From the IMG/VR virus record IMGVR_UViG_3300045146_000214, positions 17,447-81,446 of that record: a stretch of 64,000 nucleotides of DNA. One strand, 5' to 3'. Below the pieces are notes generated by a model. The model did no database searches. It was given only the letters and a program-made list of their open reading frames with translations, and was not told the DNA's origin. The first letter of the stretch is position 1; every line of letters begins with the position of its first letter. The DNA comes from a virus. Positions 10,279 to 19,618 of the stretch are shown piece by piece. The position numbers and the translations under genes are program-made.

Positions 10279-10349
10279 TGTAACTCCTTGTTTTTTATTA
10301 TTTTGTAACACGTATAAAATAACAGCACGGTGCTGAAATTTTCAACTCT

Positions 10350-10378
10350 AGTATAGCACAATTTCCATGAATTGTCAA
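10350..10378 (-). promoter_or_regulatory. Sigma70-type promoter for the SSB gene
   Basis: Minus strand TTGACA (10378-10373), 17-bp spacer, TATACT (10355-10350). Confidence 0.8.
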
Positions 10379-10390
10379 TTTCTCATCACT

Positions 10391-10831
10391 TTATTGTGCA
10401 TTGTCCATTTTTTGTTCTGCTCGCATATTCGCCGACAGAGTAACCAACAAATCCTTTTGTGCAATCAGTGCCATAAGAAAACTATAAAGAACTTGCTCAT
10501 TTGCTCTTACACGAAAATACTCTTCATATGCAGCAATAACTCTTTCATCTGTATCAACAACAGCTTCAATCTGTGCTTGTGTCACCTTCCCTTTATGACA
10601 TGCTCGTATTTCCAAATCAACCTGTGATTTTGTCTTTTTTACAAGCCATTCCTGCCTATCAGCTATTGATTTACTCTTGCTATGTAACAGACCATAAAAA
10701 GAAATATTACTGGCACACTCACTAATGTGATTAGAAATTTTTGTTGGATCTATTCGTGTTAATTCACGAACGTCAATTTTGTTAATCTTTCCATCAATTT
10801 GAATATCCAATTCACAGTTAATGATTTCCAT
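10391..10831 (-). CDS. UvsY-like recombination mediator
   Basis: Helical ~146-aa protein (KVTQAQIEAVVDTDE...ALIAQKDLLVTLSANMRAE) between UvsW and SSB; AAGGAG RBS. Confidence 0.7.
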   Translation of the reverse strand: MEIINCELDIQIDGKINKIDVRELTRIDPTKISNHISECASNISFYGLLHSKSKSIADRQEWLVKKTKSQVDLEIRACHKGKVTQAQIEAVVDTDERVIAAYEEYFRVRANEQVLYSFLMALIAQKDLLVTLSANMRAEQKMDNAQ

Positions 10832-10857
10832 AATATTCTCCTTCACTCATTGAAAAC

Positions 10858-12309
10858 TCAATTATTAATAATGTTCTTCACAACATCATACAATTGACCG
10901 TTACTATCAATGTCAACTACGGAAACTCTATTCTTACCAAATGTTTCCTTGTATATCTCAACACGTTCTTGACTATGTGATATGGTATTACTATCATCAT
11001 CATAAAAATCATACACTGTCACCGCACCTTCTTTGTTCATTCGTAATGCTCTGCCTATTTTTTGAATTACCGGAATATCTGTTTTTGACCCACTGGCATT
11101 AATCATTACTGCAAAACCACCACGAATGTCAATACCAACACCAAGCACTTGTTCGTTTCCTAACAGTATTTTTGATTTGCCGCTTTCAAAATCTGCAATC
11201 ATTTCTTTTCGTTCAGACAACGGCGTTTCTCCACACAGATATGGTGTATGTAATATTTTTGAGAGAAACTCTCCATGGTCTTTTCTACGCACTAAAATAA
11301 ACACTTTGTCGTTAGTATGCTTCTTCACCAATGAAACAATAAGCATGTTGCGATACACGTTGTAGACATATACTCTATTTTCAACTGCCGTCCACGCATT
11401 TGCCGAGTCCAACTTATCTTCATTTTGTTTATCTATGATACTTTTTTCACTACGATTGCGCACCATAACGATTGTCGGCTCTGCCAAAACTTTTTCATCA
11501 CGGTCAAGCAACTCTGACACCTTCAATTCATACAATAGTTTACCATATTGACCTATCAATGTCAAATATTCAACAGATTTTGGCGAATGGAACGTTGCGG
11601 AAAAACCAAATTTATTATAGGCATTGGTGCATTTCTTAATAACACTTTCATAGCTTTTCGCCACAGCAGTATGAATTTCGTCAACAATAACCAATTTATA
11701 GTCGCTATAGTTAGTTATTTTGTCGGAAGATTGTACAAGCAGAATACATACTTGATGATTTTGATATTCAACATCCGATTCTGAGTGGATTAAATCACAG
11801 TCTATGCCCCATTCGGATAATCTTGCATATAGCTGTTCAGCAAGATTTTTTCGGTGTACAAGCACAAGTGTTTTGGTATTATACAATTTTATGAGTGTTG
11901 AGAAGATAACGGTTTTGCCTGAAGATGTTGGAGATTTGATTAAACCGTTACCGTTGTTAAGACAGGAAAGAATACAGTCTTTTTGATAGTCGCGTAACTG
12001 TATGTCTTTTGGAATTTCACTTTCGTGAAACTGCGGCATTATCAACTCACAATTGGATTTGATGGAAACTTCACAGCCATTTTCACTCAGGAAGTCAGCA
12101 ACAAAAGGACTCAAACATTGGAGAAATCTATTCGTCTTTAAAGAAAAGAAATGTTTTTTACCGTCCCATATCCTATTTTTATATGCCTGTGACCATATTG
12201 CATTTAGGCATTTGACTGACAAGAAGTCATCAAGTTGTCTTGCCAATTCATTGCTTATTATGGGAATTCGCGCCCAATAAGCATTCTCTATAATGATTTG
12301 TATTTTCAA
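10858..12309 (-). CDS. uvsW: UvsW-like SF2 DNA helicase
   Basis: LRDYQ Q-motif, SPTSSGKT, IVDEIH, GFSAT, GVGIDI, QKIGRALR; N-terminal WDGK. Confidence 0.92.
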   Translation of the reverse strand: MKIQIIIENAYWARIPIISNELARQLDDFLSVKCLNAIWSQAYKNRIWDGKKHFFSLKTNRFLQCLSPFVADFLSENGCEVSIKSNCELIMPQFHESEIPKDIQLRDYQKDCILSCLNNGNGLIKSPTSSGKTVIFSTLIKLYNTKTLVLVHRKNLAEQLYARLSEWGIDCDLIHSESDVEYQNHQVCILLVQSSDKITNYSDYKLVIVDEIHTAVAKSYESVIKKCTNAYNKFGFSATFHSPKSVEYLTLIGQYGKLLYELKVSELLDRDEKVLAEPTIVMVRNRSEKSIIDKQNEDKLDSANAWTAVENRVYVYNVYRNMLIVSLVKKHTNDKVFILVRRKDHGEFLSKILHTPYLCGETPLSERKEMIADFESGKSKILLGNEQVLGVGIDIRGGFAVMINASGSKTDIPVIQKIGRALRMNKEGAVTVYDFYDDDSNTISHSQERVEIYKETFGKNRVSVVDIDSNGQLYDVVKNIINN

Positions 12310-12345
12310 TTATATAACCCATTAAAATAAAATGTTGACGAAAAT

Positions 12346-12374
12346 TTGACACAATTTCTACTTTTCGTTATAAT
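12346..12374 (+). promoter_or_regulatory. Perfect consensus sigma70 promoter
   Basis: TTGACA (12346-12351), 17 bp, TATAAT (12369-12374). Confidence 0.85.
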
Positions 12375-12418
12375 TAAAACGCAGAAGCAGAAGCAGATAG
12401 CTCACGCTTGGGAAAAAC

Positions 12419-12605
12419 AATACTATACAGAACATTAATGTACTTTAGTGTACAGATTACAGATTACAGAGTACAGAGTACAGAGTACAGAGTACAGAGT
12501 ACAGAGTACAGAGTACAGAGTACAGAAGAAGAGTACAGATGCTCCGCTTGAGAGAATATATATTAAGAATAATCATTAAAGTTCTTTAATGTACTGTATA
12601 GTATT
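12419..12605. repeat. 32-bp inverted repeats (12419-12450 / 12574-12605) flanking a heptamer array; putative replication origin
   Basis: aatactatacagaacattaatgtactttagtg versus reverse complement of cattaaagttctttaatgtactgtatagtatt: 28/32 identical (19/20 in the outer part). Confidence 0.8.
12451..12527 (+). repeat. Heptamer tandem array TACAGA(G/T/A) x11
   Basis: 2x TACAGAT, 8x TACAGAG, 1x TACAGAA, with another TACAGAT at 12534-12540. Confidence 0.95.
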
Positions 12606-12659
12606 AACTTCCGAAACTTGTGGTAATCTATAACAATATACACAATATGGAGTAAAATC

Positions 12660-13295
12660 ATGTTGGAAAAAATTTATACGCAAAATAAGCTCGATACGAA
12701 AGAAAAGTTTGTTGACTATTACAACTCTAAGTTTCGAGCAAGAGCAGCACAGGAACATTCGCCGGTGTTCTTTAAAATTTCTGTCAATGGTAAGATGAAA
12801 ACTCATATTCAAAAGATATGGGACTTTTTTACCATGTTTCCAGAAATTGATTTGCGTCATTATACGGATTGTGTGTTTCAATACAGTGAAGACTTGAATG
12901 GATGTTTGCCGCATAGATTCCTTTCAAAGAAGTATGTTTTGCGTTATAGTAAGTATATTCAAGATAAGAACCATCAAGTAACCAACAAAGATCATTTGCA
13001 TTTATTGGTTGAACTTGAACTTAAAAACTTTTTGGATGAGCTTATAAAAGGAAAGAAGAAATACATGGATATGTTTAATGGTGTGTTTCCGTTAGCTTCT
13101 TCAATTTCACTTTATAACTTTCCTCCTGTTTCTATTCTGGCAATATCAAAAAGCTATATGCGCTATTACCTTAATGCAAACGATAAAACATTACCAAATC
13201 CTGAAGCGTTGTCGTATATTGTATGCATTGTTAAGCAATATCCAGAATTGCTGAATAAACTTAAACAAATAATTGGTGACGACTTTACCATATGA
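12660..13295 (+). CDS. Hypothetical protein (possible origin-binding or helicase-loader protein)
   Basis: 211-aa ORF with GGAG RBS directly downstream of the repeat element; function inferred from position only. Confidence 0.6.
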   Translation: MLEKIYTQNKLDTKEKFVDYYNSKFRARAAQEHSPVFFKISVNGKMKTHIQKIWDFFTMFPEIDLRHYTDCVFQYSEDLNGCLPHRFLSKKYVLRYSKYIQDKNHQVTNKDHLHLLVELELKNFLDELIKGKKKYMDMFNGVFPLASSISLYNFPPVSILAISKSYMRYYLNANDKTLPNPEALSYIVCIVKQYPELLNKLKQIIGDDFTI

Positions 13296-16200
13296 TATAT
13301 AAGAAACTGTTTGAAACTCCAGATAAATTGTATCTTGATGATGGCGGCGTTGTGGTGTTTGCCGCCAAGAATAACATTACGTTTATTACGCAAGGTGATA
13401 GTTACGCATTTTGTCAGAATGGAACATACGTCCCAATTCCGTATGCCTCGATAAGTGACACACCATATAAACTTGCGCAACCAGTTCGTATTGTAGTAGT
13501 TGATAAAAATGTTGTTGTTTTTCAAAAAGATATTAATATCAATGATAAAATGTTAATGTCATCACCCGAAGAAAAAACTAAGATGTTATCACATATTAAT
13601 TTTCTTGAATTTTTGAATAAACTGGAAAATGATGAAGGTTTAATACCAAAATTTGTAAAAGGTGAAAATATACAGGGAAGAGTTTTTACAAATTATAAGA
13701 CAATTTCTCTTTGGCATACTGTTAGTTTTGATTGGATGTTAAAGTTTTACAGCGTGTTCAAGAATGTTGCTGAACGGTATTATAATGTCAATGTTGATGA
13801 AAATTGGGATTTTGAAATTCCTAATAAGGTAACGACCTATATGAAAGGTTATACTAAGTATAAGATTTCATCGTTGCATAATAGTAAAGAGAGAGTGGCG
13901 CTTATTAATGATGCTTATAAGAACCAGCCAAGCTATTATGATGATAGTTATAATCGAAAAGTTAGTGGTTTGTTAAAGGAAACAAAACAAGAGCGTTTTT
14001 TACGACTGCTTGAAAATCCAGATATATTTTATGTTATAGGTGACGCTGGCAACATTACTGACAGATTGTATTTTGATGAGAGTGATGATAATATTACGTT
14101 TATTGCTTGCGGAAAAAGTATTGTGTTTGTTAAAAACTTTAATTATTATGATGATTCTTCTGCGCCATTTTATGTGATTGTTAATAACGGAAAATTTCTC
14201 GATAAAGGATATATTACTGAAAAGAAATTTCCCAAATTTGGTTCAAACAATTATGGTAATCATTCGCGTGGTGATGTTATTGGTATAACACATTGGAACA
14301 TTGGTTCTTTTCTTGACAACTACAAACAATACAATAAAAAATTCGTCGAAGATTTTTTAAATCACGAGACGCCTATACAAGGAAGAATATTTCCACTATA
14401 TAATGCAGTATCACTATGGAAGCAAGTTTCTTCATCTTGGGCAAAAACGTTTTATGATATATTTTTAAGAGTTGCGGAGAATTTTTCGCTAGAGTTTGAT
14501 GATGATTGGTTTATAGAAATTCCGAGTTCTTCATATAACATAGAACAAAAGAATTATGTTCTTAAAAGATTTTCTGAGATAATTGATGATACTAACTCTA
14601 AAAATAATGTCAATTTTGGAAGTTGGAAGTCTATGGAGCCGCCAGAAGGTATAGACCTATATGCATGGAAGGAAATTAAGAGAGCCGGTAGTGAGTATGT
14701 TGTTAATCTTTTACAAGTGATGAACCGTTACAAGAAAGAGAAACCGAAAGTATGGAAGAAATATGTGGAATATATTAACGATACATATAAAATGCAGCCG
14801 AGCTATTACAGTGATAATCTGAACCGCATGGCTGATGAAATGTTTCTGTTGGAGGATACGTTAAAAGATTGGTCATCGTCTGTTCAAAAATATGATATGC
14901 TTGTTAAGGCACTAGAAGTCATAAAGATAATCAACCAATATGGAAAAGCATATATTGTTGGTGGTTCAGTGCGCGATATACTTATGGGCAAAGAACCAAA
15001 CGATATTGATATTGCAACAACATTGTCAACACAAGAGATAAAAGAGATTTTTCAAGATAGTTCTGATAATATCGGCCAATCGGAAAAATTTGGCATTGTA
15101 ATGGTAAAATACCAAAATTATAATTTTGAGATTGCACAATTACGTAATGATGGTGAATATTCTGATGGCCGTCGTCCAGAAACAGTAGAGCTTGGCGTTT
15201 CGGAAAAAGAAGATGCAGCGCGGCGAGATTTTACTATTAATTCAATGTTGATTGATGTTGATGGAAATATTCTTGATTATTTTGGTGGCCAAACAGATAT
15301 TCAAAATAAGAAAATAAGAGCAGTGGGCAATGCGAATGATAGGTTTAAAGAGGACAAATTAAGAATTATGCGCGCTATACGGTTTGCCTCTCGCTTAGGT
15401 TTTGAAATTGAACCAGATACATTCAATGCCATTAAAGACAATGCCAATGCTATTACAAATGTTTCTGTAGAACGCATTACAAAAGAACTTGTCAAAATGG
15501 CTGAACAGACTGGTGATAAGTTTGCCGATGCTATTGTTACTCTCAAGGATGCAGGAATTCTCCAAAAGATAATTCCAGAAATTGTAGAAATGGAAAAATT
15601 TGATCAATCTTTAAAACATCATCCAGAAGGCGCAAAAGTAAAGAACATTATTACGAATGTGATTGAGGACTATAATCCACAAAATCAAGAGCATTTGGAT
15701 GATACCAAGTATTTAATGGTAAAAAAGGGCAACGTGTTAGATCATACTTTGGCTGCGTTACGCCAAAACAAGATTGCAGATCCTATTATCAATCTTTCAA
15801 TTCTTCTTCACGATGTGGGTAAGATAAAAACATTCAAAATGTCAGAGGATGGTAAGATGCGTTATTTGTATCATGCTGAAGTTGGTGTTAATGTGGTTAA
15901 TGACATTTGTGATAGACTTAAAATTGATAATAAAACTCGTCGGGCGATTGTATTTGCGACGTTAAATCATATGAAAATGCACGAAGTATTAAATATGCGC
16001 ACGTCAAAAATATATAATCTCATTCAAAATGAAGATTGGGATGTGCTATATGCTGTGACCTATTGTGATGATATTTGTAGAAAAGGTGCCAACACTCGAT
16101 GGGATGAAGTTGGGAAAAAGATAGAAGAGTTGGTAAGAAAGTTTAAAGACTCAAAAGCAATTAAAGATGTAGTAAATGGTGAACTGGTTATGAAAACGCT

Positions 16201-16336
16201 CAATATACCACCTGGTAAAAAGGTTGGATACGTTATACAAAAAACAATTAATTGGATACTTGATAAAAACATTGATATTCACAATGTTGATGCTATAACT
16301 AGGCACATGCGCCAATACAAAAACATTACGATATGA
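13292..16336 (+). CDS. Multidomain protein: two copies of an unknown domain fused to a class II tRNA nucleotidyltransferase (CCA-adding type) with HD domain
   Basis: From ~14940: YIVGGSVRDIL..KEPNDIDIAT, EDAARRDFTINSM, F.EDKLRIMRAIRFASRLGF, VSVERI..EL.K, HHPEG...NVLDHT, LLHDVGK; N-terminal ~520 aa is a two-fold repeat. Confidence 0.92.
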   Translation: MIYKKLFETPDKLYLDDGGVVVFAAKNNITFITQGDSYAFCQNGTYVPIPYASISDTPYKLAQPVRIVVVDKNVVVFQKDININDKMLMSSPEEKTKMLSHINFLEFLNKLENDEGLIPKFVKGENIQGRVFTNYKTISLWHTVSFDWMLKFYSVFKNVAERYYNVNVDENWDFEIPNKVTTYMKGYTKYKISSLHNSKERVALINDAYKNQPSYYDDSYNRKVSGLLKETKQERFLRLLENPDIFYVIGDAGNITDRLYFDESDDNITFIACGKSIVFVKNFNYYDDSSAPFYVIVNNGKFLDKGYITEKKFPKFGSNNYGNHSRGDVIGITHWNIGSFLDNYKQYNKKFVEDFLNHETPIQGRIFPLYNAVSLWKQVSSSWAKTFYDIFLRVAENFSLEFDDDWFIEIPSSSYNIEQKNYVLKRFSEIIDDTNSKNNVNFGSWKSMEPPEGIDLYAWKEIKRAGSEYVVNLLQVMNRYKKEKPKVWKKYVEYINDTYKMQPSYYSDNLNRMADEMFLLEDTLKDWSSSVQKYDMLVKALEVIKIINQYGKAYIVGGSVRDILMGKEPNDIDIATTLSTQEIKEIFQDSSDNIGQSEKFGIVMVKYQNYNFEIAQLRNDGEYSDGRRPETVELGVSEKEDAARRDFTINSMLIDVDGNILDYFGGQTDIQNKKIRAVGNANDRFKEDKLRIMRAIRFASRLGFEIEPDTFNAIKDNANAITNVSVERITKELVKMAEQTGDKFADAIVTLKDAGILQKIIPEIVEMEKFDQSLKHHPEGAKVKNIITNVIEDYNPQNQEHLDDTKYLMVKKGNVLDHTLAALRQNKIADPIINLSILLHDVGKIKTFKMSEDGKMRYLYHAEVGVNVVNDICDRLKIDNKTRRAIVFATLNHMKMHEVLNMRTSKIYNLIQNEDWDVLYAVTYCDDICRKGANTRWDEVGKKIEELVRKFKDSKAIKDVVNGELVMKTLNIPPGKKVGYVIQKTINWILDKNIDIHNVDAITRHMRQYKNITI

Positions 16337-17712
16337 AAGTAAAGAGAATAAATCCGACATGTTCTTTAAATGAACATATTGATAAAACGTTGTTCAATGA
16401 TTTTTATTGTTGTTTGTATATCAACACTGCGTTTAAAGACCCAATGTTGAAGGAATACTTTAAAAGAGAATTGGCATTGTTTCCAGATGTTAAAAAACAC
16501 TATGAACAGTTACCGATTGTCTTTGCGCGAGAGCTTCTTGATGATATTATGCCGCCTGTTTTCTTGGAGTTCAGCCATGTTTTTGAACGCTTTAGCGGCA
16601 TTGACAGCGTAGAAGATAGCTCAGAGTTGGATGCCCTTAAAAAAGTGTATGATTATTCAAGTAATTATAGCCATGAAGAATTTATTGGTCTTAGTAAAGA
16701 GTTTCACAGTGCTTCTAAAAAACAAAAGGAACATGCTAAAATACAAAATGTGATGAAGGGTATTGATAATCTTATTAACTACATAGAGATTAATAAAAAT
16801 AATCTTCCAGGAAGTTTTGGTTATTCTTTGGAGTCCGTAAAACGTCTTAGGAAAAAAGGGAAATATGAGATTGTCCGACTAATGATAAGAACATTTTTAA
16901 TACCTCAAGAATTTTCCGACGATAATCTTAAAAAGTATTCTGAATTATTAAAGACAGTACCTTTTTATAATGATGATGATATTACAGAATATAAAAAAGA
17001 ATACGATGAAAACATTCATTGGGATCAATATTATGGCGGTGAAGGATGGGGTGTTCTAGCGTGGTTGATGCTGCGATTAATGCGCTTTGTAGATGGAGTA
17101 GAAAGAACCAGTGATATATGGGAGCAAATATCATTATTAACGAATGCGATTATGATGATACAACACAATTCAGGAAACATCATTGCGAAGTTTAAAAATT
17201 TTGAAGATACATGGCAACCAGGTATAAATATTAAGTCGTTTGCGGTTTCTGCCAGCGAGTTTTCACCTGTTTCCAATAAGGTTGAGAAAATTAAAGAGTT
17301 GGCCGAAAATGCCTTGAGACAGTATAAGAAACACAATGTTATATATGGTGAGAAGGCTGAAAATCCATTAATAAGAAGTAAGGTTGGTGAACAAATTGAG
17401 GCACTGACAACAGCGGTTAGAACCATTCTACAATATCGTTTACAAAACTCAAGATTTAAAAATAACGATATTTCAAAATGGTTATTACAATATTTTCCAA
17501 TCGTTGCTATTAAAAATATTTTTAGAGTAGGCATATCCAACATTAACAAAAAATCAAAGGAAAAAATTGCTTATGATATATATGAACAGTTATGTGATAT
17601 TGCTGGATTTTATAAATACAATTTAAAAAGTTGTGGTATAAAAGAAGTTATAATAGATGCTGTTGTCGAAAAAACTATTGACATAATAATTAACAAGATA
17701 AAAAACAAATAG
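16333..17712 (+). CDS. Hypothetical protein (possible internal head protein)
   Basis: 459-aa ORF, ATGA overlap; contains WDQYYGGEGW and QHNSGNIIAKF. Confidence 0.7.
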   Translation: MKVKRINPTCSLNEHIDKTLFNDFYCCLYINTAFKDPMLKEYFKRELALFPDVKKHYEQLPIVFARELLDDIMPPVFLEFSHVFERFSGIDSVEDSSELDALKKVYDYSSNYSHEEFIGLSKEFHSASKKQKEHAKIQNVMKGIDNLINYIEINKNNLPGSFGYSLESVKRLRKKGKYEIVRLMIRTFLIPQEFSDDNLKKYSELLKTVPFYNDDDITEYKKEYDENIHWDQYYGGEGWGVLAWLMLRLMRFVDGVERTSDIWEQISLLTNAIMMIQHNSGNIIAKFKNFEDTWQPGINIKSFAVSASEFSPVSNKVEKIKELAENALRQYKKHNVIYGEKAENPLIRSKVGEQIEALTTAVRTILQYRLQNSRFKNNDISKWLLQYFPIVAIKNIFRVGISNINKKSKEKIAYDIYEQLCDIAGFYKYNLKSCGIKEVIIDAVVEKTIDIIINKIKNK

Positions 17713-17722
17713 TCGTATATTT
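17713..17722 (+). promoter_or_regulatory. Candidate late promoter motif TCGTATATTT
   Basis: Same motif in the intergenic gaps at 49156 and 63713; precedes the tail module. Confidence 0.5.
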
Positions 17723-17812
17723 ATTACATTACAATACAAAAGACAAAAAACTATCCTATATTGAGGGTAGAATGGAAACAAACAAAAGGTAACGAGAACC
17801 AATGGAGAAACT

Positions 17813-18805
17813 ATGACAGAAAGAAATTTCAATGAAAAGGCGCTTAAGCAAAAGTATGAAGCAGCGAGAGGAAGAGCGATAACACCTCCCAGTGCGCCGG
17901 ACAGTGCGCAAGATAATGCGCATAAACTACATGCCAGGCCGGACAGTGCGCAAGATAATGCGCATGAACTACGTGCCAATGTTTCATCCCAAGAAACATC
18001 TAATATAAAAATTCCCGACAATCTTTCCGAACAAATGGGAATTACCTCACAAAAGAAACTCTATGACATTCCTACAATGAGTGTTGATCTTCCTTCTGGT
18101 GGTAGAATTTACGAAGGATTAATACCAGATGGTGTGATTAAGATTAAAGCATTAGAGCAAAAAGAAATAGATATACTCAATACAGACCATTTGAACAAGA
18201 AGAATATTGCATTTGATACTGCTATTGATAGTTGTATTTTGGAACCGAAGGTTTCTTCAAATGTGCTTATTTCAGCAGACAGAGTATATCTGCTTTTTAA
18301 GCTTTTTGAGTTAAGCAAAGGAACATCAGTGTATGACTTTACAGAAAAGTGTCCAAAGTGCGGTCAAAAGAATAAAATCAGTATTGACATTTCCGGTTTG
18401 GAAGTAAGGCGAATTAACTTGGCATCAAACAAGTTCAGTGTTCTGTTGCCGTTATGTAAAAAGAACATTACATACCATCTTTTAACAGGAAATGAGCGAA
18501 AGGAAATTGAAAACAAGATTAAGATTTTGATGTCGCAAACTGCTGCATCAAAACTTATTGATACGACTACAACTGAAACATTGATTAAGTCAATTGATGA
18601 AGTTGAAGGTGTGCCGCCAACACAAAAGGTTGAGTTCATTAAGCATCTTATTTACGGCGACTCGGTGCGTTTGCGTGAACATATGAATGATAATACGCCT
18701 GGCATTAATCCAGTATATGAGTTTTCGTGTGTCAATTGCGAGTTCGAGGATAAATTAATTATTCCAATAACGTCATCTTTCTTCTCGATGGCATCAAATA
18801 TTTAA
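17813..18805 (+). CDS. Baseplate hub assembly protein (T4 gp26-like)
   Basis: VDLPSGGRIY...IKIKAL..KEIDIL...SCI...LISADRVYLLFKL...CPKCG...LPLCK...CVNC pattern. Confidence 0.8.
   Translation: MTERNFNEKALKQKYEAARGRAITPPSAPDSAQDNAHKLHARPDSAQDNAHELRANVSSQETSNIKIPDNLSEQMGITSQKKLYDIPTMSVDLPSGGRIYEGLIPDGVIKIKALEQKEIDILNTDHLNKKNIAFDTAIDSCILEPKVSSNVLISADRVYLLFKLFELSKGTSVYDFTEKCPKCGQKNKISIDISGLEVRRINLASNKFSVLLPLCKKNITYHLLTGNERKEIENKIKILMSQTAASKLIDTTTTETLIKSIDEVEGVPPTQKVEFIKHLIYGDSVRLREHMNDNTPGINPVYEFSCVNCEFEDKLIIPITSSFFSMASNI
17897..17978 (+). repeat. 42-bp tandem duplication in the N-terminal extension
   Basis: ccggacagtgcgcaagataatgcgcat(a/g)aactac(a/g)tgcca x2 (PDSAQDNAH repeat). Confidence 0.9.
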
Positions 18806-18817
18806 TGCCGATGAACA

Positions 18818-19618
18818 ATGTCGGCATCAATATTAAAGTTGCCTAGTGGTGGTTTGTTTAGTGGCATTGAAAGAGTTGTTGTGCATGACATAACATTGCG
18901 CAACTATCTTGAGTTACTCTCTAAAAGAAATAACGATATTGCCATTATTGAGTCACTGATAATGGGATTTGTAATTCGTGATGAAGCTATTGTTAGTAAA
19001 CTTCCGAACGTTGACAAAGAGTTCATACTGACAAATGTTTTTGCAGATAACTTTCGTGATACGTATAGTTTTATCTTTACATGTCCGGTATGTGAAAACA
19101 AAGTAACCGAGTCATTTTTCATACCGGACTATAAAGTATTCTATTTGGATGATGATGATGGGAAGATGTTTACCTATCATATCAACAACAGGCAAATTTT
19201 CCTTCATCTTCCGCACACGCACAACACCAATATTGTTCTGGAAGATTATCTGCATGTTAAAAGTCAAAATGAACAATTCAATGAGGATGAGAAACAAGAG
19301 CTTTTATCGTATATTATATCTGAGATAAACTTAAATATAGGCATACAAAAGAATACCTTTATGTATTGCCCGTTTTGTGGCGTTGAACTACCAGTCGAAA
19401 GACCGTGTGGTTCTATTCTTTTTAAGATGACGCCAGAGATTATCGAAATTGAACGAAAGAACATACTTGAGTTGTTCAATTACTTTTCGTATGCGGCACA
19501 TCAACCTATAGCAGGATTGATGGATTTAACATATAAAGATGTTTTGTTTATGTGGAAGCATTTTGTAGATATTAAGGAAAAAGAAGCAAAAGAATTTAAT
19601 AAAGCGAGAAAGGCATGA
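18818..19618 (+). CDS. Second gp26-like hub/tail chaperone paralogue, possibly with a gp51-like C-terminus
   Basis: LKLPSGG, DKEFIL, FTCPVC, CPFC shared with the upstream gene; helical C-terminus LMDLTYKDVLFMWKHFVDIKEKE. Confidence 0.6.
   Translation: MSASILKLPSGGLFSGIERVVVHDITLRNYLELLSKRNNDIAIIESLIMGFVIRDEAIVSKLPNVDKEFILTNVFADNFRDTYSFIFTCPVCENKVTESFFIPDYKVFYLDDDDGKMFTYHINNRQIFLHLPHTHNTNIVLEDYLHVKSQNEQFNEDEKQELLSYIISEINLNIGIQKNTFMYCPFCGVELPVERPCGSILFKMTPEIIEIERKNILELFNYFSYAAHQPIAGLMDLTYKDVLFMWKHFVDIKEKEAKEFNKARKA

Noticed and set aside
12451-12540. CRISPR array or mini-array
   Set aside because: Units are contiguous 7-mers with no spacers, and no cas genes are in the window
12438-12551. 37-aa ORF (MYFSVQITDYRVQSTEYRVQS...) through the heptamer array
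   Set aside because: No RBS; the open frame is a trivial result of a stop-free repeat unit
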